Positions 51,162 to 61,457 are shown, counted from the stretch's first letter. The stretch: 64,000 bases of DNA from an uncultured bacterium (GCA_937958885.1 CALGMT010000026.1:32468-96467), one strand, 5' to 3'. Notes: generated by a model from the letters alone, not told the origin. Numbers and translations are program-made.

Positions 51162-52078
51162 GCGAGTATCGGCCTGGCGCGGCGCGCCGGAAAATGGGGC
51201 CGCGCCTCGCGGAGTTCACCACATTTCGACTGGGCGGTCCGTGCCGCGGGCTCACGACGTGCGCGACCCGCCTCGAATTGCGGCGCGCGATCGAACAATT
51301 GGGCGAAGCGGGCGAACCGTTTGTCCTGATGGGCGGCGGATCGAATCTGCTCGTCAGCGACGCGGGGGTCGATGCGCACGTGATCCGCTATTTCAGCGAA
51401 AAACCGTTGATCGCGCGCGCGGGCAACGACCTGTCCGTGCAGGCGTCCACGCGGCTCGACGACCTCGCGGCCTATACGGTGTTGAACGGGCTCGACGGGC
51501 TGATTTGTTGCACCGGCATTCCGGGCACCGTCGGCGGCGCGATTGTCGGAAATGCGGGCGCGTTTGGAGAGCAAATCGGCGACCGCGTCGTGAGCATTAC
51601 GGCGATGGACCGCTCAGGAAACGAGCGCGAGATGACAGCGGACGAGCTGTCCTTCGGGTATCGCCGTTCCGCGCTGGCGGATACCGACATCATCGTGGTC
51701 GCCGCGCGGTTGCGCCTGCGTCCGGGGGACCGCGAGCGCCTGCGCGCGCGGCGGCAGGAGATCCTCGCGCTGCGCGCATCGAAACATCCCGATTGGCAGC
51801 GCATCCCGACTGCGGGCAGTTTCTTCAAGAACATTGAGCCGACTTCGAGCGCTGAACGCCGCCAGGCGGCAGGATGGTTTCTTGAACAGGCGGGCGCGAA
51901 GTCGATGAGGGTTGGCGGCGCCCGTACGTTTGAGAAGCACGCCAACATCATCATCGCCGAACGCGGCTGCAAGGCGGCGGACGTGCTCGAACTCGCTCGC
52001 CAGATGGCGGCGCGGGTGAAAGAGAAGTTCGGGATCGATTTGCACCGCGAGGTGCGGCTGCTGGGCGCGTTCGAATGA
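51158..52078 (+). CDS. murB: UDP-N-acetylenolpyruvoylglucosamine reductase
   Basis: TTFRLGG, GGGSN, GIPGTVGGA..NAGAFG, GSFFKN, HANII. Confidence 0.94.
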   Translation: MSEYRPGAARRKMGPRLAEFTTFRLGGPCRGLTTCATRLELRRAIEQLGEAGEPFVLMGGGSNLLVSDAGVDAHVIRYFSEKPLIARAGNDLSVQASTRLDDLAAYTVLNGLDGLICCTGIPGTVGGAIVGNAGAFGEQIGDRVVSITAMDRSGNEREMTADELSFGYRRSALADTDIIVVAARLRLRPGDRERLRARRQEILALRASKHPDWQRIPTAGSFFKNIEPTSSAERRQAAGWFLEQAGAKSMRVGGARTFEKHANIIIAERGCKAADVLELARQMAARVKEKFGIDLHREVRLLGAFE

Positions 52079-52752
52079 GTGAGTTTCGGGAAATTCGGAA
52101 CGTGCTGGCCGTTCGGGCCGTCGGCCCCGACATCGCCGCGATCGAGATCGAACGGCATGACTTGGCGTTCACCCCCGGCGACTGCATGGCGCTGTATGCG
52201 GACGACGGCCGGGTGTCGCGCCCATACAGCATCGCGTCGGGCACGGCGGATCCGATTTTGCGGTTCATCGTGCGCCGGATGCCGGGCGGCGATGTCAGCC
52301 CGTTTCTCTGCAGTCGGCAACCCGGCGACGAAGTGCGCGTGAGTCCGCCGTTCGGCTGGTTTCGGCCCGGCGCGAACGCGGCGCAACGGCCGTTCGTTTT
52401 TTTGGCGACGGGCACAGGTGTCGCGCCGTTTTTCGCCTATTTGCGCAGCCCCGGCGCGCGCCGACCGGCGTTGTTCCGGTACGGCTGCCGCGCGGCGGCC
52501 GACTTGGTGGAGCCCGACTGGCTGCGCGCGCATGGCGGTGCGGTATGTTATGTCTCGCGCGAGCGCGCGCCGGGCTGCGCTCACGGGCGTATTACCGACG
52601 GCATGGACGATCTGCCGCTGGGCGACTACGATTATTATTTATGCGGGTTGGATGCGATGATCGACGAGGCGACGCGGTACTTGCAGTCCCGCGGCATTCC
52701 GATCACTGCGATTCACCGGGAGTGTTTTTTCAATGCTTCTGCCGCGGGGTGA
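52075..52752 (+). CDS. Ferredoxin-NADP reductase-like FAD/NAD(P) oxidoreductase
   Basis: RPYSIAS, GDVS, ATGTGVAPF, YLCG, ECFF. Confidence 0.85.
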   Translation: MSEFREIRNVLAVRAVGPDIAAIEIERHDLAFTPGDCMALYADDGRVSRPYSIASGTADPILRFIVRRMPGGDVSPFLCSRQPGDEVRVSPPFGWFRPGANAAQRPFVFLATGTGVAPFFAYLRSPGARRPALFRYGCRAAADLVEPDWLRAHGGAVCYVSRERAPGCAHGRITDGMDDLPLGDYDYYLCGLDAMIDEATRYLQSRGIPITAIHRECFFNASAAG

Positions 52753-52755
52753 GCA

Positions 52756-53442
52756 ATGAAGAAATGGCTATTGACTTATCCTGAAGACGGTCTGTCGGTT
52801 TTGCGCTACAAAGAATTTGTGCGGCTGTGCGGCGCGGAGCCCGTCTTGTTGGACGAACGGTGGGTTGCGCCGCCCGACCTTGATGCGTTTGACGCATTGC
52901 TGCTATCTGGCGGCGGAGATGTCGATCCGGCTCTATATGGCGCCGCTGAACGGCATCCCAAGGTTTACGACGTGGATCCCGCGCGCGACGAGTTGGAGCT
53001 GCAATTAATCGACGCCTTTTGTTCGAGCGGCCGCCCGGTCTTCGGCATTTGCCGCGGAGTTCAGATACTCAACGTCTATGCCGGCGGCGGGTTGATCCAG
53101 CACGTCCCCGACATCTGCCCGGAACAAGACGAACGCCATGAGCGACTGAATACATATGACGCGATGCACGCGCTTCGTCCTGTCCCGGAAACCCGGCTGG
53201 GCGCGGTGCTGGCATCGGTTAACGAAAGCAACAGCGCGCACCATCAGGCATTGGACCCACAGCGGATCGGACGGGGGTTGCGCGTGGCAGCGCTGAGCGG
53301 GGGCGGCGTGATCGAAGCCGTGGAGTCTGCCGAACCCGCGGCTCGACTCTCCGCCGTTCAATGGCATCCCGAGCGGCTGCCGCCCGATCATCCGGCGGCG
53401 GCCGTCCTTGCCGCATACTGGCGCGCACTCGGCGCCGAATGA
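52756..53442 (+). CDS. Peptidase C26 / gamma-glutamyl hydrolase family glutamine amidotransferase
   Basis: SGGGDVDP, GICRG, NSAHHQA, QWHPE. Confidence 0.9.
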   Translation: MKKWLLTYPEDGLSVLRYKEFVRLCGAEPVLLDERWVAPPDLDAFDALLLSGGGDVDPALYGAAERHPKVYDVDPARDELELQLIDAFCSSGRPVFGICRGVQILNVYAGGGLIQHVPDICPEQDERHERLNTYDAMHALRPVPETRLGAVLASVNESNSAHHQALDPQRIGRGLRVAALSGGGVIEAVESAEPAARLSAVQWHPERLPPDHPAAAVLAAYWRALGAE

Positions 53443-53471
53443 ACCTGCCGCGATCGCTCGTTTCGCGCGGA

Positions 53472-53853
53472 TCAGGCTGCCGGGGCCGGTTTGGTGTAGG
53501 TTGCACTGCCGAACGCAAGAATCGGGTAAAAGACGATCGGCAGCAAAATCATCCCGGCCGCGAAGCCGCCGCCCTTTCCAAATGCCTTTGCGATGGCGAC
53601 TGTCAAAAGAATCCCAACGACGATGTTCACAAAGGGGATGAGGAACAGCGCGATCCACCAAAGCGGCTTGCCCGCGATCTGGATCATGACAATAATATTG
53701 TAGATGGGAATGATGCACGCCCAGCCGGGTTGCCCCGCTTTGGTGAATATTTTCCACATCGATACAATGCCGACCACAACCAGCGCCAGCCACACGATCA
53801 ACATGCCGGCGCCGATCGATGCCGGCCGCCGCGTCCGCGTTATACGGTTCCAT
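53472..53853 (-). pseudogene. DUF5684-like membrane protein, frameshifted near its 5' end
   Basis: AGGAGG SD before ATG 53853; a CGAT tandem duplication at 53813-53820 shifts the frame; the downstream frame has WKIFTKAGQPGWACIIPIYN. Confidence 0.65.
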
Positions 53854-54010
53854 ATCAGCTCCTCCTGTGGATTCGTACAGTATCGAAATAATGCGGAACG
53901 TACATCATTAGAGCGCCGCTGCCGCTACGCGAGGGTCGCGGCGCGCTTTTGACTTGCGCCGATTCCGAGGCTGGGTAAGGGTTTCCGCGCTGTTTTGAGG
54001 GGATGCTGGC

Positions 54011-54778
54011 GTGGATTCCAATTTGACACTGGATTTGACCATTTTCGTGCCTTGCTTCAACGAGGCGAAATTGATCGAGCGCACGCTCGATACTATCCGC
54101 GCTGCGGCGGAGGGGTTCCCGTTCACGTATGAGATTCTCGTGTATGACGATGCGTCCACCGACGGCACGTCCGATGTCGTGAAGGCCTACATCGAGAAGC
54201 ATCGCATACCGCCCGACCAGATCATCCTCGAGCGGTGCGAGACGAACGCCGGAATCGGGATCAATTACTTTCGCGCGGCGGAGCGGGGGCGCGGCGAGTA
54301 TTTCATTGTGCTGTTTGGCGACAACTCGGAGCCGGTGTCGTCGATCCGGAAAATTTTCGACCTGCTGGGCAAGGCGGATGTGATCATTCCCTACATCGAC
54401 AGCCGGTTGTTCGGCGGACGATTCAACAGCGATCATCGCAGCTTCTTTCGTCGCTTTTGCTCAATCAACTTTGCCCGTCTTGTGCGCTTGTTCAGCGGCC
54501 ATCGCATCCACTATTTCAACGGGTTTGTGATGCATCGCCGCCGAAATGTGCTGATGCACCGCATCCGAACGTATGGCCTGGGTTATCAGGCGGAGCTGTT
54601 GTGCCGCGTCCTGAACGATCCCAATGTGACGTTTCTCGAGGTGCGGGTTCCCTGCGCGACACGCGAGGAGGGGGCGTCCACCGCGTTCCGTCTTAAAAAT
54701 GTCATTTCGGTGGCCGGCTCGCTGCTTCGGATCTTGAAGCATCGCCTGGTTGGGCCCAAGCCCGCGTCGGCGGCTTGA
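54011..54778 (+). CDS. Family 2 glycosyltransferase
   Basis: IFVPCFNE, DDASTDGT. Confidence 0.88.
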   Translation: MDSNLTLDLTIFVPCFNEAKLIERTLDTIRAAAEGFPFTYEILVYDDASTDGTSDVVKAYIEKHRIPPDQIILERCETNAGIGINYFRAAERGRGEYFIVLFGDNSEPVSSIRKIFDLLGKADVIIPYIDSRLFGGRFNSDHRSFFRRFCSINFARLVRLFSGHRIHYFNGFVMHRRRNVLMHRIRTYGLGYQAELLCRVLNDPNVTFLEVRVPCATREEGASTAFRLKNVISVAGSLLRILKHRLVGPKPASAA

Positions 54779-54859
54779 GCCCCCGACATTCGCTGTTGAA
54801 ACGCCGGGGCGATCCGTGTATGAAGCGCGGGTTACGGAATTGAAGGAAGGGTAACGGTC

Positions 54860-55072
54860 ATGGCGGTCAAACACATTCGCAACAAGCATCTTCGGCGCAA
54901 GCGCAAGGGCGCGGCGGAAAAACTCCGCCGCCAGAAGCTCCAGAAAAAACGCGTCGTGGCCCTGGGCGTGCCGGAGGAAAAAGCGGCGAAAATGAACGCC
55001 AAGGAAATCCGCACCCTGCTTCGGAAGCCCAAGAAGACGGCCAAACGCTTCGCGAAAAGCGCGGCGGCCTGA
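54860..55072 (+). CDS. Small, very basic hypothetical protein
   Basis: 70 aa, Lys/Arg-rich, purine-rich SD upstream, GC3-consistent codons. Confidence 0.65.
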   Translation: MAVKHIRNKHLRRKRKGAAEKLRRQKLQKKRVVALGVPEEKAAKMNAKEIRTLLRKPKKTAKRFAKSAAA

Positions 55073-55098
55073 TCCGCGCGCGACGCGAAGGCCGCCTC

Positions 55099-56019
55099 AT
55101 GCCGGTCCGCTGGCGCCATCGGGTCGAATACGTGCTGCTACGCGGGTGCGCGGCGCTGTTCCGCCGGTTGCCGTTTTGCATATCATTTGTTTTGGCGGCG
55201 GGCCTGGCGGCGCTGGCTTATCGGCTCTTTCCGAAGCGTCCTGCGGAGGCGCGCCGCCGGATCGCGCAGGTGTTTCCTCACAAGTCCCTGTCTGAAGTCC
55301 GCGCGATTGCCAAGATCGGATTGCGCAATTTGTTTTTCAGCGCGATCGAGACCATTCGATTCCAGAAATTGCCGGCTCGCTGGATCGAGCGGCATGTGGA
55401 GGTGGGCAACTTCCCTGAAAACGTCGAGGCCCACATCCAGAAGGGGCGGGGCGCGCTCTTCGTAATTCCGCACATGGGCAACTGGGAATTGGCCGGCTTG
55501 GTGGCGGGTCGTCGCGGCTTGCCCTTATTTTTTCTGGTGGGGCGCCAGCGGAATCCGCTCTCGGAGGCGTATTTGAACCGTGTTCGCAGGGCGACTGGAC
55601 TGGAGTACATTCCGCGAGACCATAAGTCCACTCGCATCCTGCTGCGGCGGCTCCGGGAGGGCAAAATCTTTGGCATCCTTCCGGATGTTCGGATGAAAAC
55701 ACCGGGCGTGCCGGTGCGGCTGTTCGGAGTCAACGCCGATATGCCCGGCGGCGTCGCCATGCTGGCCCGGCATTCGGATGTGCCGATTTTTCTCGGACAT
55801 GTCCGGCGTGTGGGGTGGTGGCGGCATGTCTGGGAATTCGAGCCGCCGATAAAAGTCGATCCTGCCGCCGACCCGGATCAGGAATCCTTGCGCATCCATC
55901 AGCGCATCGCCGATTATTTCACGGAGGTCGTGCGCAGGTATCCGGACCAGTATTTCTGGTACAACAGGCGTTGGGTCCTTGAGCCGCGCGCGCCGGGCGC
56001 GACGACCGCTGCACGCTGA
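55099..56019 (+). CDS. Lipid A late acyltransferase (LpxL/HtrB family)
   Basis: HMGNWE, LPD, PDQYFWYNRRW. Confidence 0.88.
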   Translation: MPVRWRHRVEYVLLRGCAALFRRLPFCISFVLAAGLAALAYRLFPKRPAEARRRIAQVFPHKSLSEVRAIAKIGLRNLFFSAIETIRFQKLPARWIERHVEVGNFPENVEAHIQKGRGALFVIPHMGNWELAGLVAGRRGLPLFFLVGRQRNPLSEAYLNRVRRATGLEYIPRDHKSTRILLRRLREGKIFGILPDVRMKTPGVPVRLFGVNADMPGGVAMLARHSDVPIFLGHVRRVGWWRHVWEFEPPIKVDPAADPDQESLRIHQRIADYFTEVVRRYPDQYFWYNRRWVLEPRAPGATTAAR

Positions 56020-56871
56020 TCACGTCTTCGCAGGCTGAAGCGCGTTCAGTCGACGGCCCAGCAGCCAGTCGTATGCGCACGTGGGGAGCAGCGCGCGCAA
56101 CAATGGCGCGACTTTTGCCGGCAATGTGACTCGGTACCGCGCGCGTGGACGCGTCGATTCCAGCGCGTGCGCAATCGCCTCTGCAACGGCATCCGGCGGA
56201 AGCGAAAAGCGATTGGCAGAGGATGCCTGCGCTGCATACAGTTCCAGATCGAATCGCGTCCCGCGCCGCAAGGTCGCCTCGCCGATCGCGCGCGCGTTGC
56301 GGTGGAATTCCGTCGTAATAGGGCCGGGCTCAACCAGCGCGACGCCGACACCGGTGCCGCGGAGTTCGATGCGCTGCGCATCGGCCAGCGCCTCGACCGC
56401 ATGTTTGGTCGCGCAGTAGGCCCCCATCATCGGGATCACGGCGCGGCCGAGCACGGAGCTGAGGTGGACCACACGGCCGGCGCCGGCATTGATCATCGCC
56501 GGTAGCACGCGATTGGTCAGGTCTTGCAGTCCAAAGACGTTCACCTCAAATTGGCGGCGTATCGCGTCACGCGAAACATCCTCCAGCGCGCCGGGCTGCC
56601 CATAGCCCGCGTTGTTCACCAGCGCACCGAGCGCGCCGCCGACGAGCGCGAGTGCGCGCGCCGCCCCGTCCTTCACCGACGCGTCATCAGCGACATCGAG
56701 GAGAAAGGACTCGAAGCCCTCGGCGGCGAGCGCCTCGACATCGGCGGCTTTTCGCGCGGTGGCCAGCACGCGCCACCCGCGCGCGCGCAGCAGCTTCGCC
56801 GCCGCGCGACCGATGCCCGTCGAACATCCGGTGATGAGGACGGAACGATTCGGAACAGGAGGTAATTTCAT
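56020..56871 (-). CDS. Short-chain dehydrogenase/reductase
   Basis: TGCSTGIG, NNAG, YCATK. Confidence 0.92.
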   Translation of the reverse strand: MKLPPVPNRSVLITGCSTGIGRAAAKLLRARGWRVLATARKAADVEALAAEGFESFLLDVADDASVKDGAARALALVGGALGALVNNAGYGQPGALEDVSRDAIRRQFEVNVFGLQDLTNRVLPAMINAGAGRVVHLSSVLGRAVIPMMGAYCATKHAVEALADAQRIELRGTGVGVALVEPGPITTEFHRNARAIGEATLRRGTRFDLELYAAQASSANRFSLPPDAVAEAIAHALESTRPRARYRVTLPAKVAPLLRALLPTCAYDWLLGRRLNALQPAKT

Positions 56872-57053
56872 TTCTGATCAGTACGCGATGCATCCTGTGT
56901 GTGTCAAATGAGCGCCGCGCAGCACCGGCCTTGGGGCGGCGATTCTGCTGCCGATTCCGATCGCGATGGCGCTTCGGATTATGGCGGCGGCGCAAATGGT
57001 GCGCGCCGATTCGGGTTGCGAAAGAGGAGGCTGGGACGATACATCTTTGAGGA

Positions 57054-57866
57054 ATGAAACTGCGGATACTGCTTCTTTTGCTACCGCTCTTCGCGGTCGG
57101 ATGCGCAACGGTCGATCCGGTGACCGGGCGGAGGGTGAACAATCTCTATTCCATCGACGACGACATTCAGATGGGCCGCGAGGTCCTGGGCGAAGTCGTC
57201 AAAACGATGCGTGAGGGCAAGGTGCCGATCAATCGCGACGGCAAGAAGGTCGCCAAGCTGCAGGAAATGGTCAATCGAATCGCCGCCGTCTCGCATTTGC
57301 CGGACCTGCCGTACGAAATCTATTTGTTCGAGACCAACATCGTGAATGCCTTCGCCGCGCCGGGCGGCCAGATGGGCGTCTTTTCGGGGCTTTACCATCC
57401 CGAAATGGGACTGGTTCAGGACGACGACGAGCTCGCGGCGGTCATCGCGCACGAAATCGCGCACGTGACGTGCCGCCACACGACAGAGTCGCTCACGCGC
57501 GAATTGCCGGTGCGCCTCGCGTTGATCGGAGGCGCGTTGTATGCGGAAGCCCGCGGAAACGACGATCTGGCCCTCGCCCTCGGGGCGGGCTTCCTGGTGT
57601 ATGAAGGACTCATCCTGCCGCGATACTCGCGACGCGACGAGACGGAGGCCGATGCCGTTGGTTTAATGTACATGGCGAAGGCGGGCTACGACCCGCGCGC
57701 GGCGGTGCGGCTTTGGGAACGCGCGGCGGCGCGCTCGAAGGACCCCAAGCTGTTTGCGCTGTTTTCGTCGCACCCGACCGACCGCCAGCGCGCCGAGGCG
57801 CTGCGGAAATTGTTGCCGCAAGCCATGGAAGAATACGAGCGCGCGAAGGCCGTCCGCGCGCCCTGA
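57054..57866 (+). CDS. M48 family Zn metallopeptidase lipoprotein
   Basis: Lipobox AVGC, NAFAAPGG, HEIAH, EADAVG, SSHP. Confidence 0.92.
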   Translation: MKLRILLLLLPLFAVGCATVDPVTGRRVNNLYSIDDDIQMGREVLGEVVKTMREGKVPINRDGKKVAKLQEMVNRIAAVSHLPDLPYEIYLFETNIVNAFAAPGGQMGVFSGLYHPEMGLVQDDDELAAVIAHEIAHVTCRHTTESLTRELPVRLALIGGALYAEARGNDDLALALGAGFLVYEGLILPRYSRRDETEADAVGLMYMAKAGYDPRAAVRLWERAAARSKDPKLFALFSSHPTDRQRAEALRKLLPQAMEEYERAKAVRAP

Positions 57867-57873
57867 GGGCGGC

Positions 57874-59226
57874 CTATTTCGCCAACTTGAGCAATTGATC
57901 GTAGGGATAAATCGAGGAGGAATGGCCGTCGCTCCAACTGATCGCCACCGCATAGTTTCCCATAGGGGTGATGCTGCGCGGATAGATGTTGTCAGGGACG
58001 GATGCGGGATCGAGCAACGGTCTGCCGGAAAACTCTTCGATACAATGCGCGCACCGGCAGGCGCGGCGCACGTCGGCCGGCGCGGCGATTCGTTCCTCGC
58101 CGCCCGCCAATGTCAGCACTATTCCACGCCCCGCGGAAAAGGAGACCTTGGGCCGCGCCAACCCGCCGTGCTCGATCCTCGCGACTTCGCGCACGACGGA
58201 GGAGGCGATGTCGAGATACAACTTCGCTAACCTGCCGTCAGGGTCCGCGAGCACCACGGGCGTTCCGCTGTCGCTCAAACGTGAAATCTCCGGCTCGAGC
58301 GGAATTTCGAATGAATTTTGGATGCCGAACTGGTCGATCAACTTCTGTCGGGCGCCCTGTCCGAATACATAGTACTTCTTTCCGTTGTCCGGGCAGAGGA
58401 AGTAGCTCATGTTTTCGACGACCGCGACGGTCGGCACCTTGAGTTTGTCGAACATCTGAATTCCTTTGACCACGTCGACGAAACTCAATTGCTGCGGCGT
58501 CGTGACGATGACCGCGGCGGTGATCGGGATAAGTTGCGTGAGCGTGAGTTGGATGTCGCCGGTACCCGGCGGAAAATCGATCACGAGATAGTCGAGTTCG
58601 CCCCACTCGGTTGTGGTCAGCAACTGATTGATGACCTGCGTGACCATCGGTCCGCGCATGATGGCCGCGCCGCCGCCGGGTCCGGCGGGAACGAAGCCAA
58701 ACGACATCAAGCGAATGCCCTCGAATTCAAGCGGCTGGATCAGTTCGTTCCGCATGAACAGCTCGCGATTCTTGGGCGACACCAGCGTGGGCAGGCTGGG
58801 GCCATACACATCGGCATCGAAGATGCCGATTCGTCCGCCCAGTCGCGCGAGGCTGTAGGCGAGATTCACCGCAGTCGTCGATTTCCCGACGCCTCCCTTG
58901 CAGCTCGACACGGCGATAATGTGCCGCACCTTTTCAAGTCCCGGCGCGCGCGCAAGCAGCGGATTCGCGCCCGCTTCGCGGGCGCGCGCGGACAAGGCGA
59001 CTTCGACGGCCGTGACCCAGGGCAGAGCGCGTATGGCCTCCTCGCAGCGCGTCTTGAATTGCTCCTTGATCGGGCAGGCGGGCGTGGTCAGCTCGACGGT
59101 GAACGAGACGCGTCCCGCCTCATCGTGTCGCAGATTCTTGATGAAACCGAGCGACACGATATCCTTGCCGAGGTCGGGATCGATGATGCTTCGGAGTTGA
59201 TCGAGGATTTCGGCTTCGCGGCTCAT
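57874..59226 (-). CDS. Mrp/NBP35 Fe-S carrier ATPase with DUF59 N-domain and DUF971-like C-domain (HCF101 architecture)
   Basis: DPDLGKDIVSLG..LTTPACP; SCKGGVGKST; DFPPGTGD; ENMS; CRCAHC..GNYAVAISWSDGH. Confidence 0.9.
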   Translation of the reverse strand: MSREAEILDQLRSIIDPDLGKDIVSLGFIKNLRHDEAGRVSFTVELTTPACPIKEQFKTRCEEAIRALPWVTAVEVALSARAREAGANPLLARAPGLEKVRHIIAVSSCKGGVGKSTTAVNLAYSLARLGGRIGIFDADVYGPSLPTLVSPKNRELFMRNELIQPLEFEGIRLMSFGFVPAGPGGGAAIMRGPMVTQVINQLLTTTEWGELDYLVIDFPPGTGDIQLTLTQLIPITAAVIVTTPQQLSFVDVVKGIQMFDKLKVPTVAVVENMSYFLCPDNGKKYYVFGQGARQKLIDQFGIQNSFEIPLEPEISRLSDSGTPVVLADPDGRLAKLYLDIASSVVREVARIEHGGLARPKVSFSAGRGIVLTLAGGEERIAAPADVRRACRCAHCIEEFSGRPLLDPASVPDNIYPRSITPMGNYAVAISWSDGHSSSIYPYDQLLKLAK

Positions 59227-59303
59227 GGGTATTCCTTTCGAGTAGTCACACAATAGCCGCGCCGCTCGCTGCTGCAAGCTCGCGCGCGCATCGGGAGGTC
59301 AAT

Positions 59304-59717
59304 ATGCCGGTCGAAATCAATGCTCGGTACGACGGAGCGCTGCGCTGCAAGCTGACGCATATGCCGTCGGGTTCAGTAATCGAAACGGACGCGCCAACGG
59401 ACAATTGCGGGCGGGGCGAGCGGTTTTCGCCGACCGACCTGGTCGCCTCGGCGCTGGCCACCTGCATATTGACGACAATCGGAATCGTGGCACAGCGCAA
59501 GGGATGGGACGTGTCCGGCATGCGCGCGCGAGTTGTGAAAGAAATGAGCGCCGAGCCGCCGCGCCGGATCGCGCGGTTGCCGGTCGAGTTGTGGATGCCG
59601 CCGTCAGTTCCGCTTGAGGCGCGTCAGCAGATTGAGAACACCGCCCGCGCGTGTCCGGTGCACAAAAGCCTTCACCCCGATATTGAGGCCCCTGTTCATA
59701 TTCACTGGGCCTCCTGA
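59304..59717 (+). CDS. OsmC family protein
   Basis: TDAPTDNCG, FSPTDL..ALATC, CPVHKSL. Confidence 0.9.
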   Translation: MPVEINARYDGALRCKLTHMPSGSVIETDAPTDNCGRGERFSPTDLVASALATCILTTIGIVAQRKGWDVSGMRARVVKEMSAEPPRRIARLPVELWMPPSVPLEARQQIENTARACPVHKSLHPDIEAPVHIHWAS

Positions 59718-59728
59718 CGCGGACGGTA

Positions 59729-61057
59729 ATGAATCGTTTTTGGGCGAGTTATTTTGCGAGCAAGTGGCGACCCGCGCTTGTGTTCCTGATCGTACTCGCG
59801 TGTATGACGGGTGCGGCCATCTCCCGCATCCCTTTCCTCGTCATGGCCGCGAATGGATTGTTCATTCTTGCCCTCATCGCCTTGCTCGGCGTTGTCGCCG
59901 CCGCCATTTGGAATTTGCTGAAAAAGCGATGGTCCGAGGGCATCGTCAACGTGTTGATGATTGTCGCATGCGCGGTGGCGGCTTGTATGGCGTTTGCGGC
60001 GATCATGTTCGCAAGTTTGTTCGGTCCTAGCGAAGATGGATTTGCCGACGAGTTAGCCATCCCGGAAGGCCTGGAATGTGCCATTCCTGATCCAAAAGAG
60101 ACCTATTTTTGGGCAGACAGGTCTTTTATGGGAAGCGATGCATTTCAATCTGCGGTCCGAAATGCGCTCGCTGTTCCGGGCAACGGCGATCCATCCATCA
60201 CGCCCGCCATGCCTTCGCTGCGGAAAGCATCGACAGATCATGCGGCGGCCTTTCTCGACTATCTTGAAGCCTCGCCGGACTGGCACGTGTTTTTCGATCG
60301 GGGAAATCGCTTTGCTGCGCGTCGTTGGAGCTACAACGAAGAGCCTCAAGAAACATTGCATGGCTACATCTCGGAGTTCGGAGGTCCGACCATTTTTCAG
60401 ACGCGCTGCCTGCTGTGTTTGGATCGCCGGCCGTGGAGCCGATATGCGGTTCAGCATATTCAGGAAGGCGTGGATCCATCCGTACCCGAGATCAAGAAGG
60501 GGAACGATCTTTACGAGAGCAGGGTGATGATCGAGTGCGGTGGGGTGTGGGTGGAGCTCTTTGAGCAGTCCGACAATCCCGAAAGGCGCGTGACGAAGGC
60601 GACCATCAAACTATTGGAGGAAGAGTTTGCCTCATTTTTGACGGATCCAGAAGGCGCCGTCGAATCAGCGCGTTCATGGTCGATCGCATGGACTCAGCGT
60701 TTTGCCGGCGGCGATGAAGTTCCGTTTCGATTGGTGGATGGCCTGCAACCGGGCATTTACGATGTTGTCTATTTTCTGAATCCGGGCGAACCCGGAACGG
60801 TTTACTTGAAGGCGTACGAAGTCACGCGCGGCACGCCATTATCGGTGAACCGTCTAAAGGCGCGCTCTGCAACTCGAATGGCGTGGTCAACGAATGCGAC
60901 GGAGCGATTTGCGGCCAAGTCGGGATTTACGATTTATGAAGGCGATTGGGGGAAGCCTTATGCCGCGCGATTCGAGGTCTGGTTCGAACCTGATTCAGGC
61001 GCATCCGCGCGAAAGCTAGCCGAGCGTGTATACAAAATTGAGGGGTGGCAGCGGTAG
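59729..61057 (+). CDS. Hypothetical membrane-anchored protein
   Basis: 442-aa ORF with three N-terminal TM helices and C-terminal FTIYEGDWGKPYAARFEVWF; appears less GC-rich than core genes. Confidence 0.7.
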   Translation: MNRFWASYFASKWRPALVFLIVLACMTGAAISRIPFLVMAANGLFILALIALLGVVAAAIWNLLKKRWSEGIVNVLMIVACAVAACMAFAAIMFASLFGPSEDGFADELAIPEGLECAIPDPKETYFWADRSFMGSDAFQSAVRNALAVPGNGDPSITPAMPSLRKASTDHAAAFLDYLEASPDWHVFFDRGNRFAARRWSYNEEPQETLHGYISEFGGPTIFQTRCLLCLDRRPWSRYAVQHIQEGVDPSVPEIKKGNDLYESRVMIECGGVWVELFEQSDNPERRVTKATIKLLEEEFASFLTDPEGAVESARSWSIAWTQRFAGGDEVPFRLVDGLQPGIYDVVYFLNPGEPGTVYLKAYEVTRGTPLSVNRLKARSATRMAWSTNATERFAAKSGFTIYEGDWGKPYAARFEVWFEPDSGASARKLAERVYKIEGWQR

Positions 61058-61223
61058 GCCAACAGCCGCGCCGCGTCAAACTTTTGGATGCGAGCCGAAG
61101 AGAAGTGTAATCCCCTACTTTGGAGGGATGTCCGAAGTGCGGTAGAGTCTTGGGTGACGGGAAACGGAACACGGAGTTGTTCAAATCCATCAGTTTGAAA
61201 TCGGAACGAATGCTTAAAAACCA

Positions 61224-61307
61224 ACTCCCCCGCTTCGCGGACCCCTCCGGTGGAGGGGACCAAGAGAGTCCCCTCCTTTGGAGGGGTGCCCGAAGGGCGG
61301 GGTGGGT
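61224..61307. repeat. REP-like CCCCTCC/GGAGGGG element, copy B (degenerate half-copy at 61111-61149)
   Basis: Same layout and identical 28-mer as 50336-50421. Confidence 0.8.
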
Positions 61308-61321
61308 CTTCGCTTCCTAAT

Positions 61322-61358
61322 AAAAAAAGAAAACCGCATTAGCTGTGCGGTTTTCTTT
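61322..61358. terminator. Bidirectional intrinsic terminator
   Basis: AAAGAAAACCGCA/TGCGGTTTTCTTT stem with A- and T-rich ends between convergent genes. Confidence 0.75.
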
Positions 61359-61457
61359 CAACCCTCCCGTCACTCCTCGGCGTGAGAAATTCAAATCTCT
61401 ATCGATATGATGTAGTATCGATAAATAATGTCAATCAAACGTTTTCGGTTCGTCGTG

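Noticed and set aside
53005..53853. 282-aa minus-strand ORF
   Set aside because: Only the first ~12 codons look genuine; the rest is out-of-frame read-through caused by the 4-bp duplication and overlaps the C26 peptidase gene
56878..57053. Short ORFs between the SDR and M48 genes
   Set aside because: No convincing start, SD or motif; likely a divergent promoter region
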